From NCBI GenBank assembly GCA_964234715.1, contig OZ174277.1: a DNA stretch of 64,000 nt; one strand, given 5' to 3'. Source of the stretch: Podarcis melisellensis (Eukaryota). Positions 1 through 11,377 of this stretch are shown piece by piece (the stretch's first letter is position 1; each line of letters begins with the position of its first letter). The notes under the pieces were generated by a model that saw only the letters and a list, made by a program, of their open reading frames with translations, was not told the DNA's origin and ran no database searches. Position numbers and translations under genes: made by a program.

Positions 1-567
1 TGTAGACAACAAATCTATCAATATCTATTATCAATGCAAAAAAGCATCTTTATAAACCTTAAACATAATATCTTTAGCTCTCCAGGAAAAAAATCATATT
101 TCAAATGTTTAGTTATGATATGCACCGAATGACAAAGTTTTGAAATAAAATAATAATGTAAATTAAGAGCAACAGGAAAAGAAAATGACAAGAAACAGAA
201 ATATGATTCCAAGAGAGAGTAACAATCTAGTGCTTGCCATCAGGGAAAAAATAATAATGTGAGGTCTACAGGGGCAACTCTGAAAAGCTGTTCACACTAA
301 ATAAATGAATAGACAGGAGAGTAGATATAATGAAACAACACTTCATGAAATAATGAGATGGCTTCTCAAAGGTAGACATTTTTCATCCGAGTGAGGGTCA
401 TCTGTTTCCTCTTTGTGCTCATTAAGAATTGCTGTAACATTCTGGCTGCATTCTCCTAACAGTCTTTCTCCGCGGACATCTGTATAGTATCAAATATGAA
501 GCTCTTTATCACTGAATTTATTGAAGGTTTTGATTAAAAGGAACAGATAAGATAATCATTTGGTTAG

Positions 568-1440
568 ACCCGGAGATGGGGGCTTTTTTCAGACTGAAGG
601 CTCATTCAGAATTCCTTTTGTGCCACATTTCTATTTTTTTTTTTTTTATAAATATTTATTAGGATTTTTAAAAACAGAAAAAAAATAAGTACATTAATAA
701 TAAACAGTATTATTTGTTTTAACAAAGTTTCATGTCATCTTTGAACTTCCTCACGCCTCCCGCTCCCATTTACATCATTAATAAATTTTGTCAAGCAAAT
801 TATCATCTTATTTCCAGCTTGTGTATCAATAAAATGCAATAAATTCATTCTCCTTCAAATTTGTTTCTCTTAATCTCTCTTATTATCATTTCCTGATCTA
901 TTTTAGTGATGGCCAATTATTTGTAACCAAGCATCTTTTTTAACATTCCATTAAATCACAATATTTTTGTAAATAAGTCTTAAATTTCTTCCAGTCCTCT
1001 TCTATCCTTTCTTCTCCCAGGTCTTGTGCCACATTTCTAGGTGTTACTAGGTGTGTGGGGTTTTGCGGGGAAAACACTGGGTAGAAAAGAAAAGGTGATC
1101 AGGCACAGTCCTTCGAAGCATGTACCTGTGCCTAGAATATATAGGGCAAAAGGTGTGTGGATGAGCCCTAATTATTGACAGAAACTGAGTCAGCATGATG
1201 AGAAGAGAGAGCAGAGACACAACAGCAAGCTCCTATCCTACAGCTCACACCCACCTGCATTCTCCATCCAGGGAAGCAAAAGGCATTATCAGAATTCAAG
1301 CCTGGCAACAACAACTAAGGAGGACATTGGACGAGGGCTGGTTAGGGGTGTGACCTGGTAAGAAGAGGGCTGTGGAGGGAATTTTATATAGGGAAAGTCT
1401 CAAGGGCAAGAGCCCCCAGGCCTGCAATACCCCACCCCTT
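568..1440. mobile_element. Degenerate hAT-like non-autonomous DNA element, interrupted by an L1 fragment
   Basis: Decayed termini (gagatgggggg... / ...ccccacccct); similar internal sequence near 33835-34040; boundaries approximate. Confidence 0.4.
634..1023 (-). mobile_element. 5'-truncated L1-clade LINE (end of ORF2, 3'UTR, polyA)
   Basis: 16-bp TSD ttgtgccacatttcta at 618-633 and 1024-1039; T-tract at left end; minus strand 1023-940 reads DLGEERIEEDWKKFKTYLQKYCDLMEC*, homologous to the end of the 26852-27331 ORF. Confidence 0.9.
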
Positions 1441-1524
1441 GGTTAGACAAAGGTTCATCTAAGCATACCCTCCAACATTTCACACACACAAAGGAACATT
1501 TTCTTCACATCTTTCTCTCAGTGC

Positions 1525-1680
1525 AAGTATGCACAAATCTTCTCAGAAGTAAGTCCCATTGAAATTACACTGGGCGGGTAATACTTTGGTTGCAAATCTA
1601 TACTCACCTGCCAGGGACTCAGCTACATGTAACAGGATGGGATTTCCTTCTGAGTAGACACGTTTGAGATTTTGCCTCAG
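1525..1680. repeat. Fragments of a short palindromic squamate repeat (ctcagaagtaagtcccattg family)
   Basis: Same motif recurs near 16072-16115, 22730-23150 and 28668-28850. Confidence 0.5.
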
Positions 1681-2574
1681 TGGCCCCCACCCCAAAGCTA
1701 AACTTCAGCCTCTTCTCTAACTTCTTTATACTCCATATTTATGGTGGCAACAGCTGTCCTGCATGGAGTCTGTGAAGCAGGCATGTATTAAACTGACCAT
1801 GTTTTATTTATTCATGAGATCTATTAGTAATTTACCTATCTGTTGCCAAGGCATTCAAGGTGACATGCATAGGATAGTGAAATTGTAATACGTTTTATGA
1901 AGCCCACAGTGAGGCAGAAGTGCTGCCACAAAATCATTAATCAGTATTAAAATCTAAAACCATAAAATTGTAGCACCAGGAGATTGCAATAATAAATTAA
2001 AAGATGGAAGTGGTCTGTGAGCTTGCAGTGCAGTCATCTGGCTGAAGGTCTTTGTCTGACCAGTGCCTGGATGAGAGGAGAACCTGAGGTAAATGTTATA
2101 CTAAACACACATTGTGTTTGTTTTTAAAAAACACACGCTTTGCCTCTCTTCTGAACACAAATTATTATTTGGTTTTTCTCCCAGTCTTGATATCTACTCT
2201 GAGCTTAATGACATATCATTTTTATATAGGTTTTCCAGAGATGTGCACATTACTTAAAGTTTGGATGATAAAGCCTTATACACGTGCCTCTGTTGTGACT
2301 AGGAGCACTGCAATATTTACCATACTATCACCTGCAAGTTTGATATGTGAAACAGCTTGTACAGATCAGCTATCTCCTTCTTATCAAATGAATGCAGTAA
2401 TTCTCAATGGAGGTAAGCTTATCATGTGATAAGCCTATCACCTGGCAACTATCGTATCAACTCATGGTCTAAATTGGGTTTTAAACATAACCCTCAAAAG
2501 ACTCACATGGAATAAGAAGACAATTTATCCACACTGAACATTGTGCGTAAATTGTGTACCATTGCCATTCTAAG

Positions 2575-2635
2575 GGAATGAAGGAGGTGTTCATGGTGAG
2601 TTCTGGCACCTCTCTTTCTAGAAAAAAAAGCACTG
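2575..2635 (-). mobile_element. MITE fragment (cagtgct...tttctagaaaaagaggtg family)
   Basis: Matches copies at 12924-13086 and 52306-52434. Confidence 0.55.
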
Positions 2636-2695
2636 ACTGCATTATATTGGCTATGTGCCTGTATGAATAATAACCACACACTAAAATGCCATCTG

Positions 2696-2719
2696 AGAGA
2701 GAGAGAGAGAGAGAGAGAG
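2696..2719. repeat. (GA)n microsatellite
   Basis: Direct observation. Confidence 0.95.
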
Positions 2720-3113
2720 CCCCATCTAAAACATTAAAAATTATATTTTTTTATTCAGTTCTGTACAAAAGTACTGGGTTTTGTTTTGTTTTTAACCACC
2801 ACAAATATGTCTTCAGCAACAACTCGGCTTTCTTTCTTTTGAGCTAATAGAAACAAAACACACCCTGTGCTTTGGTAGGACAACAACTTTACATTGGCTT
2901 TCCCGCCTTATCATATTATATATGGGTTGGTAAAGCCCAAATTTAGCAGTTTTTGGTTTTTGGTTTTATTAAAGATTTTCTTGTTTTACAGAAGTATGTG
3001 TAATGTCTCTTGTATTTTTTCCATGTAACATTTTTACAAATCCACTTCATTTGTCAAAACAAAACAAAAATTCCTTCCAGTAGCACCTTAAAGACCAACT
3101 AAGTTAGTTCTTG

Positions 3114-3151
3114 GTATGAGCTTTCGTGTGCATGCACACTTCTTCAGATAC
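3114..3151 (-). ncRNA. Minimal type-I hammerhead ribozyme motif, copy 1
   Basis: Minus strand GUAU-CUGAAGA-A-GUGUG-CAUG-CACAC-GAAA-GC-UC-AUAC: helix I GUAU/AUAC, CUGANGA box, helix II, GAAA, palindromic AGCU helix III, UH site. Confidence 0.75.
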
Positions 3152-3304
3152 GGTGAGGTTGATGGACTTCCATTTCATGCAACTCAATGTGGTGCCTTCC
3201 ATAGTTCCAGTTACAGATAGGTAGCCGTGTTGGTCTGCCATAGTAAAAATAAAAATAAAAAATCCTTCCAGTAGCACCTTAAAGACCAACTAAGTTAGTT
3301 CTTG

Positions 3305-3342
3305 GTATGAGCTTTCGTGTGCATGCACACTTCTTCAGATAC
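3305..3342 (-). ncRNA. Minimal type-I hammerhead ribozyme motif, copy 2
   Basis: Identical 38-nt motif to copy 1, offset by 191 nt. Confidence 0.75.
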
Positions 3343-5475
3343 ATACATGCACACTTCTTCAGATACATTCTTCATTTGTTGAGACATTAGGGGGAGAAAA
3401 AAAGGAGTGGGGGGGAGATGGGTGGGGGTGGGGTCGGGTGGCGATGTTTCCATTTTGCTCAGTGTATGTAGGGTTTGGTGTCAGCGTTGCATGTGCATGT
3501 TCTCTGCTGTTCACTTGTGTTCCTTTGGTGGTGAGAGAGATCAGGGTTGGCCCAAGGTGTGGTTGTTTGTTTGTGATTATCTGTGGTGATCTTTGCTTTC
3601 GTGTGTGAGTGGGGTGGGTGGGTGTTTTGGATCAGGTTAGCCATATTGATTTGTATGCTGTTGGTGGATTATTGTCTTGTTGGGCTGTGAATGTGATAAA
3701 GGGGAGCCATACCGGGGTAAAGGCGTCTTCTTCTGTTTGTCTCCGTGTCAGTTTCAGTTTATTGGTTAATTTTTCTAGTAGGGCTGTTTCCCATACCATT
3801 TGGTACCATTGGTCCATGCTTACTCCTGACCCCAAATTTAGCAGTTGTACAGACTGCAACTCAGATGAAGAGGGCATTGTGTGGACACTGTAAAAAATAA
3901 AGACACAAACAGCTTCAAATCCGCATCAAACTCCGGTGTGGATGGGGCCTGCTATGCATGAGGAGCACTTTCCCAACAAACACCTGTCTGGAAGCACCTT
4001 AAGCCAAGGCTTATGAGTACACCTGTGTTGCTGTTGTTTCCATATGCTACTTAATCACCCCAGCGGAGGCAATTTCACAAATGGCTACATTTTCAGTTAA
4101 GTAAACTGCAGAGAGCTGTGGGCAGTAATTCTTTAGTACTATTAAGAAATCTGCTGTGCCCCACAATGTTTAAGCCACTCTTGCAAAGAAAGTGTGATTG
4201 GTTAAGCTTCAGTTGAGCTGCTTTGTGCGAACAGACAGCATAGATGGAAACTCAATACGTCGCTGAAAATAGCAATGGCATCTGGACCAAAGACCAAATG
4301 TTTTCTTCCAACATAGTTGAATAAATCTAACAGAGCTCAGGCATCCGGATGCATAGAAGGATGTGATGCCATGAATAGCCATGAAGGAGTAACCATTTTG
4401 GCAGGTGGAGCTCATCATAATACTGTGGCAGTAAGGAAAGCTTTTCTGCCCCTCCCCCCCAAAAAAAGGTCCTGGAGACTTATCCTGCTTCCCATTTCAT
4501 CACTCTGTTCACTGCTGAGCAGTTATTGGACCAAATATAGCATTTACAATAGACAAGTATCCGGTTAGATTTATGAAAGATAATAGCTAGACTTGGAATG
4601 ACAACTGTGGAGCTTCACTTTAGCAAGGGTCAAATCTCAATCAAAGGCTTTTGATTGTGTTAAAATAAGTTATAATGAACCCCAGTAGGGCAAAGTCAAG
4701 TGTCTTCAAAATGGAGGCATTCTGCTTCACATTCAGCAAGATGTTTAGGCTGCAGCAAACACTGGAAATTACTGAGAATCCTGGAATCAAATAGTTCACA
4801 CTTCACAAAGACAATGAGTTAGCAACTTGTCTGCCAAACACCTGTATTGTGTGAAGCAGAGTCCCGGGGCTTTGAAGTGATGGCAGTTTATCCTCGCCCA
4901 TTAATAATGGAAGTCTGAATTTTCTCACAATGACCATTTCAGCTAGTATATCAGGCAACAGTAGGAACTGGGGAGGGGGATTGGGGAGAACAGCTTGTAT
5001 ACTCACTCAGGAATTTGCCAAATGAAATATGAATAGTTAATCAAGAGGAAAATTATTTTCTCCTTTGTATTCTATCTATCATTGTCTGACATTTAGTGAT
5101 GCAGCCGTGCATTCCTGAAGGTGACAGCAACAGTCTCAGAGCAAAATATTAACTCTCACTAGTAAATTGTCTTATTATAGCAGCTAATTGCTAACCCGTG
5201 TCTTACTGTGTATATTGCAAGTGGAACCATGAATTTAAAAGAAATCCCTGTCTTATATTACCAGTTTTTAGTTGGGAAGAAGCTACCAATACTACTAATT
5301 TACTTATGCTCTTTGACCACCATCCTCAGAGTAGTTTACAACGTAAGATAAAAAGACATGCAATATAAACTACAAAACCAATGATAGTTAAATCACCAAC
5401 AGCAGTGAGAAAAAACATGTAAAATGGATAATCAACAAATTGGATATGAGAGCAGAGTTATCTCCCTTTTAGTTA

Positions 5476-5670
5476 AAGATAAAGGTAAAGGACCCCTGGA
5501 CGGTTAAGTCCAGTTGAATTTGATTGTAGAGTGCAGCGCTCATCTCCACTCCTGCTTCTGGCGCAACAGAACACTGTGATGGAAGCCAGAGCACACGGAA
5601 ACACTGTTTATCTTCCCACCACAGCGGTACCTATTTATCTACTTGCACTGGTATGCTTTCAAACTGCTAG
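5476..5670 (-). mobile_element. Sauria SINE, truncated and older copy
   Basis: aaaggtaaagg tail and gcggtacctatttatctacttgcac core shared with the full copies. Confidence 0.8.
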
Positions 5671-5705
5671 GCTGTGTGCTTCAGCAGCAAAAGCCCTCTA
5701 TAGTA

Positions 5706-6312
5706 CAGTGGTACCTTGGGTTACATACGCTTCAGGTTACATACGCTTCAGGTTCCAGACTCTGCTAGCCCAGAAATAGTACCTCAGGTTAAGAACTTTG
5801 CTTCAGGGTGAGAACAGAAATCACGGTACGGCGGTGCAGCAGCAGTGGGAGGCCCCATTAGCTAAAGTGGTAAAGGTAAAGGTAAAGGTACCCCTGCCCA
5901 TACGGGCCAGTCGTGTCCGACTCTGGGGTTGCGTGCTCATCTCGCTTAAGTGTCCGAAGACACTTCCGGGTCACGTGGCCAGTGTGACGAAGCTGCTCTG
6001 GCGAGCCAGCACCATCGCAGCGCACGGAAACGCCGTTACCTTCCCGCTATAAAGCGGTACCTATTTATCTACTTGCACTTGGGGGTGCTTTCGAACTGCT
6101 ACATGGGCAGGAGCTGGGACCGAACGACAGAAGCTCACCCTGCCGCAGGGATTCGAACCGCCGACCATGCGATCGGCAAGTCCTAGGCACTGAGGTTTTA
6201 CCCACAGCGCCACCCGCGTCCCTTAGCTAAAGTGGTACCTCAGGTTAAGAACAGTTTCACATTAAGAACGGACCTCCGGAACGAATTAAGTTCTTAACCC
6301 AAGGTACCACTG
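5706..6312. mobile_element. Tc1/mariner (Tigger-like) MITE with a nested Sauria SINE
   Basis: TIRs cagtggtacct / aggtaccactg, TA on both sides; uninterrupted siblings at 20055-20288 and 54607-54831. Confidence 0.85.
5873..6222 (-). mobile_element. Sauria SINE, full length
   Basis: 15-bp TSD ttagctaaagtggta (5858-5872, 6223-6237); tRNA-like head with B-box ggttcgaatcc on minus strand; (ACCTTT)n tail. Confidence 0.92.
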
Positions 6313-6388
6313 TACCATATATAAAGTACAACCACACTATGTAAAACTGAGCTCACTTGTTAAGAACTTACATATGGCATGGGTTAAT

Positions 6389-6456
6389 GCCTGACGTGCT
6401 CTGGTCCACGGGGTCACAAAGAGTCGGACACGACTAAACAACTAAACAACAACAAA
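6389..6456 (+). mobile_element. BovB (RTE) extreme 3' end
   Basis: tgctctggtccacggggtcacaaagagtcggacacgactaaac plus (caa)n, matching the 3' end of the 49607-50910 copy. Confidence 0.85.
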
Positions 6457-7769
6457 ATGCTGGAAGAGATTTCTGAAGACTTCGTGGAAATCTAGTGGAA
6501 ACAGTTCAGTTTTTATTTTAAAATATATAAACAATATTACTGCTTGCGAATTCCCGGCAAAAACACAACCCAGCATAATCCAGCGGGAAGTGCTTCTGTT
6601 TAAACCTCTTTGAAATGAATGTAGATGCACAAGAACAATGGAGCATTTCCCAGCAGATCATTCTCTAAAGGCTTTTTGTCACATGAACCTTTTACTTTCT
6701 GCTGTTGACTACCATAAGATACCTTGTTTGCTCTTCAAAAATCGTATAGCTGAGCAAAATGGAGAGAGTTTATTATTCAGCAAGACTGTAGGAAACCTCT
6801 CGCAGCAAGTTTTGTCAGATGCTGTAGGGTATCATTTTACAAATGGACATTGAACTGTCATGTTGAATGAGCAACAGTCAATTTTGCTTAGACTTCTGTC
6901 TAGGCCAGTGTTTCTGGGGTATTGACAGCCTTGGTACAATGGTAGTGTCCATCTTCTGTCGTTTAGTTGCCGGATTCTTACCTATGAAATGGAAATGGCA
7001 GTGGCTACAAAGTAGCTTTGATAACAGAAGCAGCAAAACACTTTGCAGATTAAAAGGGTTACATAAGTGCTAAGGAGCAATAGCAGTATTTGCTGCTTTA
7101 TTGCAAACAAACAAACAAACAAACAAAGCAAGTCTTATTGGACAACAAGTAAAACACTGAGCAACAAGGAGGAGGGGAGACTAGCTTTTAAATATATGTG
7201 TGTGTGTTATTCCCTGTTGTTTTCCACAAATCTAACCCCTGAAGCTCTGTTTGTGTTTCAAAAGAACTCTTAGCAGAATCAGGAGCCACGTGACTCCCCC
7301 TGCCTGTGTGTCATACACTAGGTTTTTATAACTCAGACCTAGCATACACAAGGTCTTTACAATTCAGCTCAGTCAGTGTTCCTACACTGGTAATAGATAT
7401 GCTAGGCCACATGCTGGCAACTGCCACTATTAGGCTGAAAGTGCCACAGACCTAATTAAATCAGTAATGGGTTTTCCACTCCTGTACTCTCTGAGTGACA
7501 GTTTAATAAGGAACTCCAAAGAGAACGTATAAATCAGAACTCAACTTCATCTTAACAAGATATGTCTCGTGTGGTCTGAAAATTAGCTCTAAAGAAAGTT
7601 GATGCTTAATATTTCCAGTGGCCAATCATATTGATCCATTTGCATTTTGACCTATGTTGAATATTTCTTTTTGGATATGCTTTCTCCAATACACAGCTGA
7701 AAGGAGGAAGATACATAATATATTGTTGGGTTCTCTTTGCTTCCATGAGCAGTGAGAAGTTCCAGGAGA

Positions 7770-7963
7770 AGGGTGATAGCTCAGTCACAGAGTACCTGCT
7801 TTGCATGCAGAAGACCTCAGATCTAACCTCATGCCTCTCCAAATGGGGATGGGAAAGGCTGGTGTCTGAAACCCTGCAGATCTGTTGTCAGTCAGTGAGG
7901 ACAATGCTGAACCAGATGGATTAATGCCAAAACTCAATATAAGGCAGCTTCCTATGTTCCTAC
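7770..7963 (+). mobile_element. Old tRNA-derived SINE with CR1-like tail
   Basis: tagctcagt..agag head and aaggcagcttcctatgttccta tail; siblings at about 21840, 35586, 39050 and 59400. Confidence 0.7.
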
Positions 7964-8914
7964 GAGCTTGTGTGACTGTTACTTGATATGTCCAGGCCAT
8001 AAAGCAGTCCAAAGTGAACTGGATGGGGGGATATGCTAAGTTATTAGCACTTACCTGCCCTCCAGTCACCTGTGCTGCTGCTGTGCACCAGAAGGGGAAG
8101 GGGAGGGCATTGTGCAGGTCCCAAAGACCCCTACTCATTTTACACCAGGGTCAAACTATTTCTTCATCTAATCCAGTATTTATTCACAGCCCACCGGCAG
8201 GACCCTAAGACCCCTACTCATTTTGGAAAACTATACTTGACATTCTGATACCTTGTTTTCAAAAGTGTCTTTTGCTGTTAGCTTAAGATTCTTAGGAAGG
8301 ACAAAGTGCAGACTTGCTGATGGGAGCTTAACTAAAACAGAGGAAAAGAGAAAGTGATGCCAGGGCAGATGAATCTAGGTGAAAGGGCAAGTCTAGGATG
8401 AAGGAAAAGTACTGAGTTGATACAAAAATACGGGTATATTCTGGTACATGAATTTGGAACAACAGGATAAGTCTTCAGGAGTACAGTGAAAATGGGGAAC
8501 TGAAATTGGAAGGTGAGGAAGAAAGTTGGTGCACAGAAGGACATTGCTAGGAGTTGCTGTCCAACATGATTTGGTTAGGCAGGACCTATTTTGGGTGGAC
8601 AGGACGGGACAGGACAGGACAAGAAATTAGTTACACATCAGGATATAGGGAAAGAGGTACCGTACTTAGCCAGTTTCATAGCATCTGCAAAAATTAGAAA
8701 AAGGCATGCCCTCTGAGGTGCATCAGGCCATCTATATGGGTTGGAGGCTTAGCATCATGAGTTACATATTTTAGGAGCGGTAATGCTGAAAAAAATAGGG
8801 TATAAAAGCAGCAAGGGGGAGACCAAACAGGTCTCTTCACCCTAGAACTTACCTGTCCTTGGCTGAAAGGTCTTATCATCTGGAGGTGCTTCACTGTTTG
8901 CTGCTTGACACATA

Positions 8915-9016
8915 TACCTCACAAGGTTGTTGTGGGGAGAACCATGTACTTAACCTTTCTCTCCAAGGAGCTGAAGGTTAAGTGCATGGTTCTCCCCACA
9001 ACAACCTTGTGAGGTA
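8915..9016. repeat. 43-bp inverted repeat with 16-nt loop
   Basis: Arms 8915-8957 and 8974-9016 are reverse complements with one mismatch (T8947/G8984). Confidence 0.95.
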
Positions 9017-9130
9017 GGTTAGGCTAAGAGGCAATGAGTAGCCCAGTGCGTGAGCCTCTTGGCTGAGCAGGGATTCAAACCCTGGTATCCCACTTCATGG
9101 TCCAACACTTTAGCTACTGTACCACACTGG
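8974..9130 (-). mobile_element. MIR/CORE-type SINE
   Basis: cacaacaaccttgtgaggtagg CORE motif, ggattcaaaccc B-box, ends ...accacactggc; related to 41457-41696. Confidence 0.7.
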
Positions 9131-11357
9131 CATGCACTCTTACAAGAATGCATATGGATCTATTGCTTTCTAACTTTTAGCCTTCTGGTTTGTATCTTTA
9201 GTATTATAAGCTTTTTAAATAAACTATTTTATGGTGTCCAGTGGTAAATGGGCTGTCACAAATCAGCGCGGCTCTGTACGAGCCTAGAACTGCAGAACAG
9301 TTGAGGGAGCTTTCTGCAGGAAGATGTTATAAACTGGATTAAAGATTCTTACATTTAGAAAGCTTCCCCTAAAGCGATGTGTTTCCTGTCTTGCTGCACT
9401 GCGCTGAAAGAGTAGGCAATGACTCCACCATGGTATGTGATGATGGAAGGCACTAGGTTGCCTTGGCAATACATGTACAGTTTCATTTCTTTCCCAGGAC
9501 CTATCCCTGAAAAATGGGCAAACGCTTATTTCTGTTTCCACACCCTCTCTGGGGGAAAAACTCACAAAAGTGTGTGTATGGCAGTGCATAAAATCTTTGC
9601 CCACCACACCCACACTTACACTTTTGACTTATTTATTGTTGTGGTTAGTCGGAGACTCGTGAAGAGCTTGTTTCCTAAAGACATTTGATTTTGGTGTAGC
9701 AAGGCTGTCCTCAGAGACAACAGCAGTTGTTGTCAGGTGGGAGTACAGCCTGGTGTTCTGTGTGTGCTAGTGAAAGGAAGCCATAACACAAGAGCTTGCT
9801 GATATATGAGGGAAGGTATGTATTGTGCTTTGGTGAGGTATATCATGATTTCTGAACACTTCTTTAAAACAGCTGAAAACCTTGGAGACAGAGTCAGCGA
9901 GTAGTTAAAGAAAACCTGAGACCATTGCAGAGCACCCAAGTAGATCTGCTACCCCCTGAGCTGTCAGGAAAGCACAGCTTCTAATAAGTGGTTTTCTAAA
10001 ATCCTTTTCCAGCAACTGCCCCCACTCTAATCCATCAACAGGCTATCAGTCTGTTCTGGAATCCTCTAAGTGTTTCACTCTTCCATCTCGCCTATCAGTA
10101 ACAGAGGAGGATGTTTGATAATGGAAACAAGTCATGTCCAAAGGGAGGCCACACCACCCAAGAGGTTGGCTTTCTGGAGTTATCCATGTGGAAATACCAC
10201 TCCAGCTTCAGTTGTAGAAGAAGAAAGCTGTTTGTACCATACAAAGGTAGACAAATGTGGAAAAGATGTGGGTCATGACTGAGAGAGCTGATTGTGACTC
10301 ACTGATAGAAAATCCCTTGCAGAAACAGCCAGGTAAAAGAGGAAAGGAAAAGAAGAGGCAAAGCCTCACTGTGGTGCTGGGGGGGGGGCGGGCGAGAATA
10401 CTTATTAAATAATAACAGTCCTTGTAAAATAAAAACATTCCCAACAAGTTTCTATTGATGACGATCTTCTTCAGGGACATAAGATTAAGCTTCAAGGATA
10501 TAAACAGGAGGGCATTTTATTGTTTTACAAGGATTAGTATAGAACAAAGATTCATTTTTCAGCACCATTTTGAGGTTTTGCCTCTTCTTTTGCTTCCTTT
10601 CACTTTTCCCTGTCCTCCCCCGCTCCTGTTGAAGTAGGACAAGCAGCCTATGGCATCCTTTATTATACAATGCTTAACCTGGATAACTTTGTGCTGAAGA
10701 GCTGATCTAGCCATTTGGAGGAATCGTGCGAAACATTTCAGAATGCAGATGGGGAATTACTGAATGCTTTCCCACCCACTTCACTTTTTTTTTTTTTTAA
10801 TGACATTGATGCCACCAGTGAAAATGATCTCATCCACTCCACCACTGCATCGAGGCTTGTGTTGTTTGATCATATTCCATGTAAAGTGATGAATACAGAC
10901 AAGCCCCAAGGTGAAAACCTTGCTTTCGCAACTTTAATTGACCATCTTACCTATTATGTAATGCTTTCGCCCTTCGCAACCTGAGGAAATTCTTACAAGA
11001 ACCCATCCTTTCATACAAGCTGCTGGATCTCTTTTTTCTGGACACCGCTGCTGAGTGAGGACAAATGGATCTGTAACAAGATTTCCCCCCCCCTCGCCTT
11101 TGCAGTTTGTGTTGACTTATAATATCTTTTGTTTCATCTTCCTGCCAAATCCTCTCTTTTAATTTTTAATTTTTGAATTATTGTGAACCACTCCAGAATA
11201 AATTTTGCATGAAAGCAGTATGTAAATATTTTTTAATAAATAAATATATTTTTAGCATAGGAATCTGATCCCAGAATTATTATTTTTTTTAAAGTACGAA
11301 TGTGGGGCCATCCCTTGTTAGTGTTCAGAACTTAACTGGTTAAGTTGTTCTGAGCAG

Positions 11358-11377
11358 TGCGTCACATTCTGACGTCA
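11358..11377. promoter_or_regulatory. Full CRE (TGACGTCA) plus adjacent TGCGTCA half-site
   Basis: tgcgtca at 11358-11364 and tgacgtca at 11370-11377, within a CpG-retaining unique block; function untested. Confidence 0.35.

Larger units (their letters stand above)
3055..3369 (-). mobile_element. Penelope-like element pseudo-LTR insert with two tandem copies plus a partial third
   Basis: 10-bp TSD cttcatttgt (3045-3054, 3370-3379); duplicated block tccttccagtagcaccttaaagaccaactaagttagttcttggtatgagctttcgtgtgcatgcacacttcttcagatac; resembles squamate Penelope terminal repeats. Confidence 0.8.
2955..3835 (-). mobile_element. L1/Tx1-like LINE 3' fragment, interrupted by a Penelope-derived insert
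   Basis: ORF 3632-3877 contains ...MDQWYQMVWETALLEKLT...WLPFITF, resembling an L1-clade ORF2 C-terminus; T-rich tail with ttttattaaa near 2965; sequence resumes across the TSD at 3045-3054/3370-3379. Confidence 0.65.

Noticed and set aside
3055-3369. CRISPR-like repeat-spacer appearance
   Set aside because: Eukaryotic DNA; only two long repeats, explained by Penelope pseudo-LTRs
10886-10984. C/D-box snoRNA-like pattern (GTGATGA ... CTGA) with repeated tgctttcgc
   Set aside because: No good terminal stem and no convincing guide next to the D box; only a ~9-nt possible rRNA match, consistent with chance
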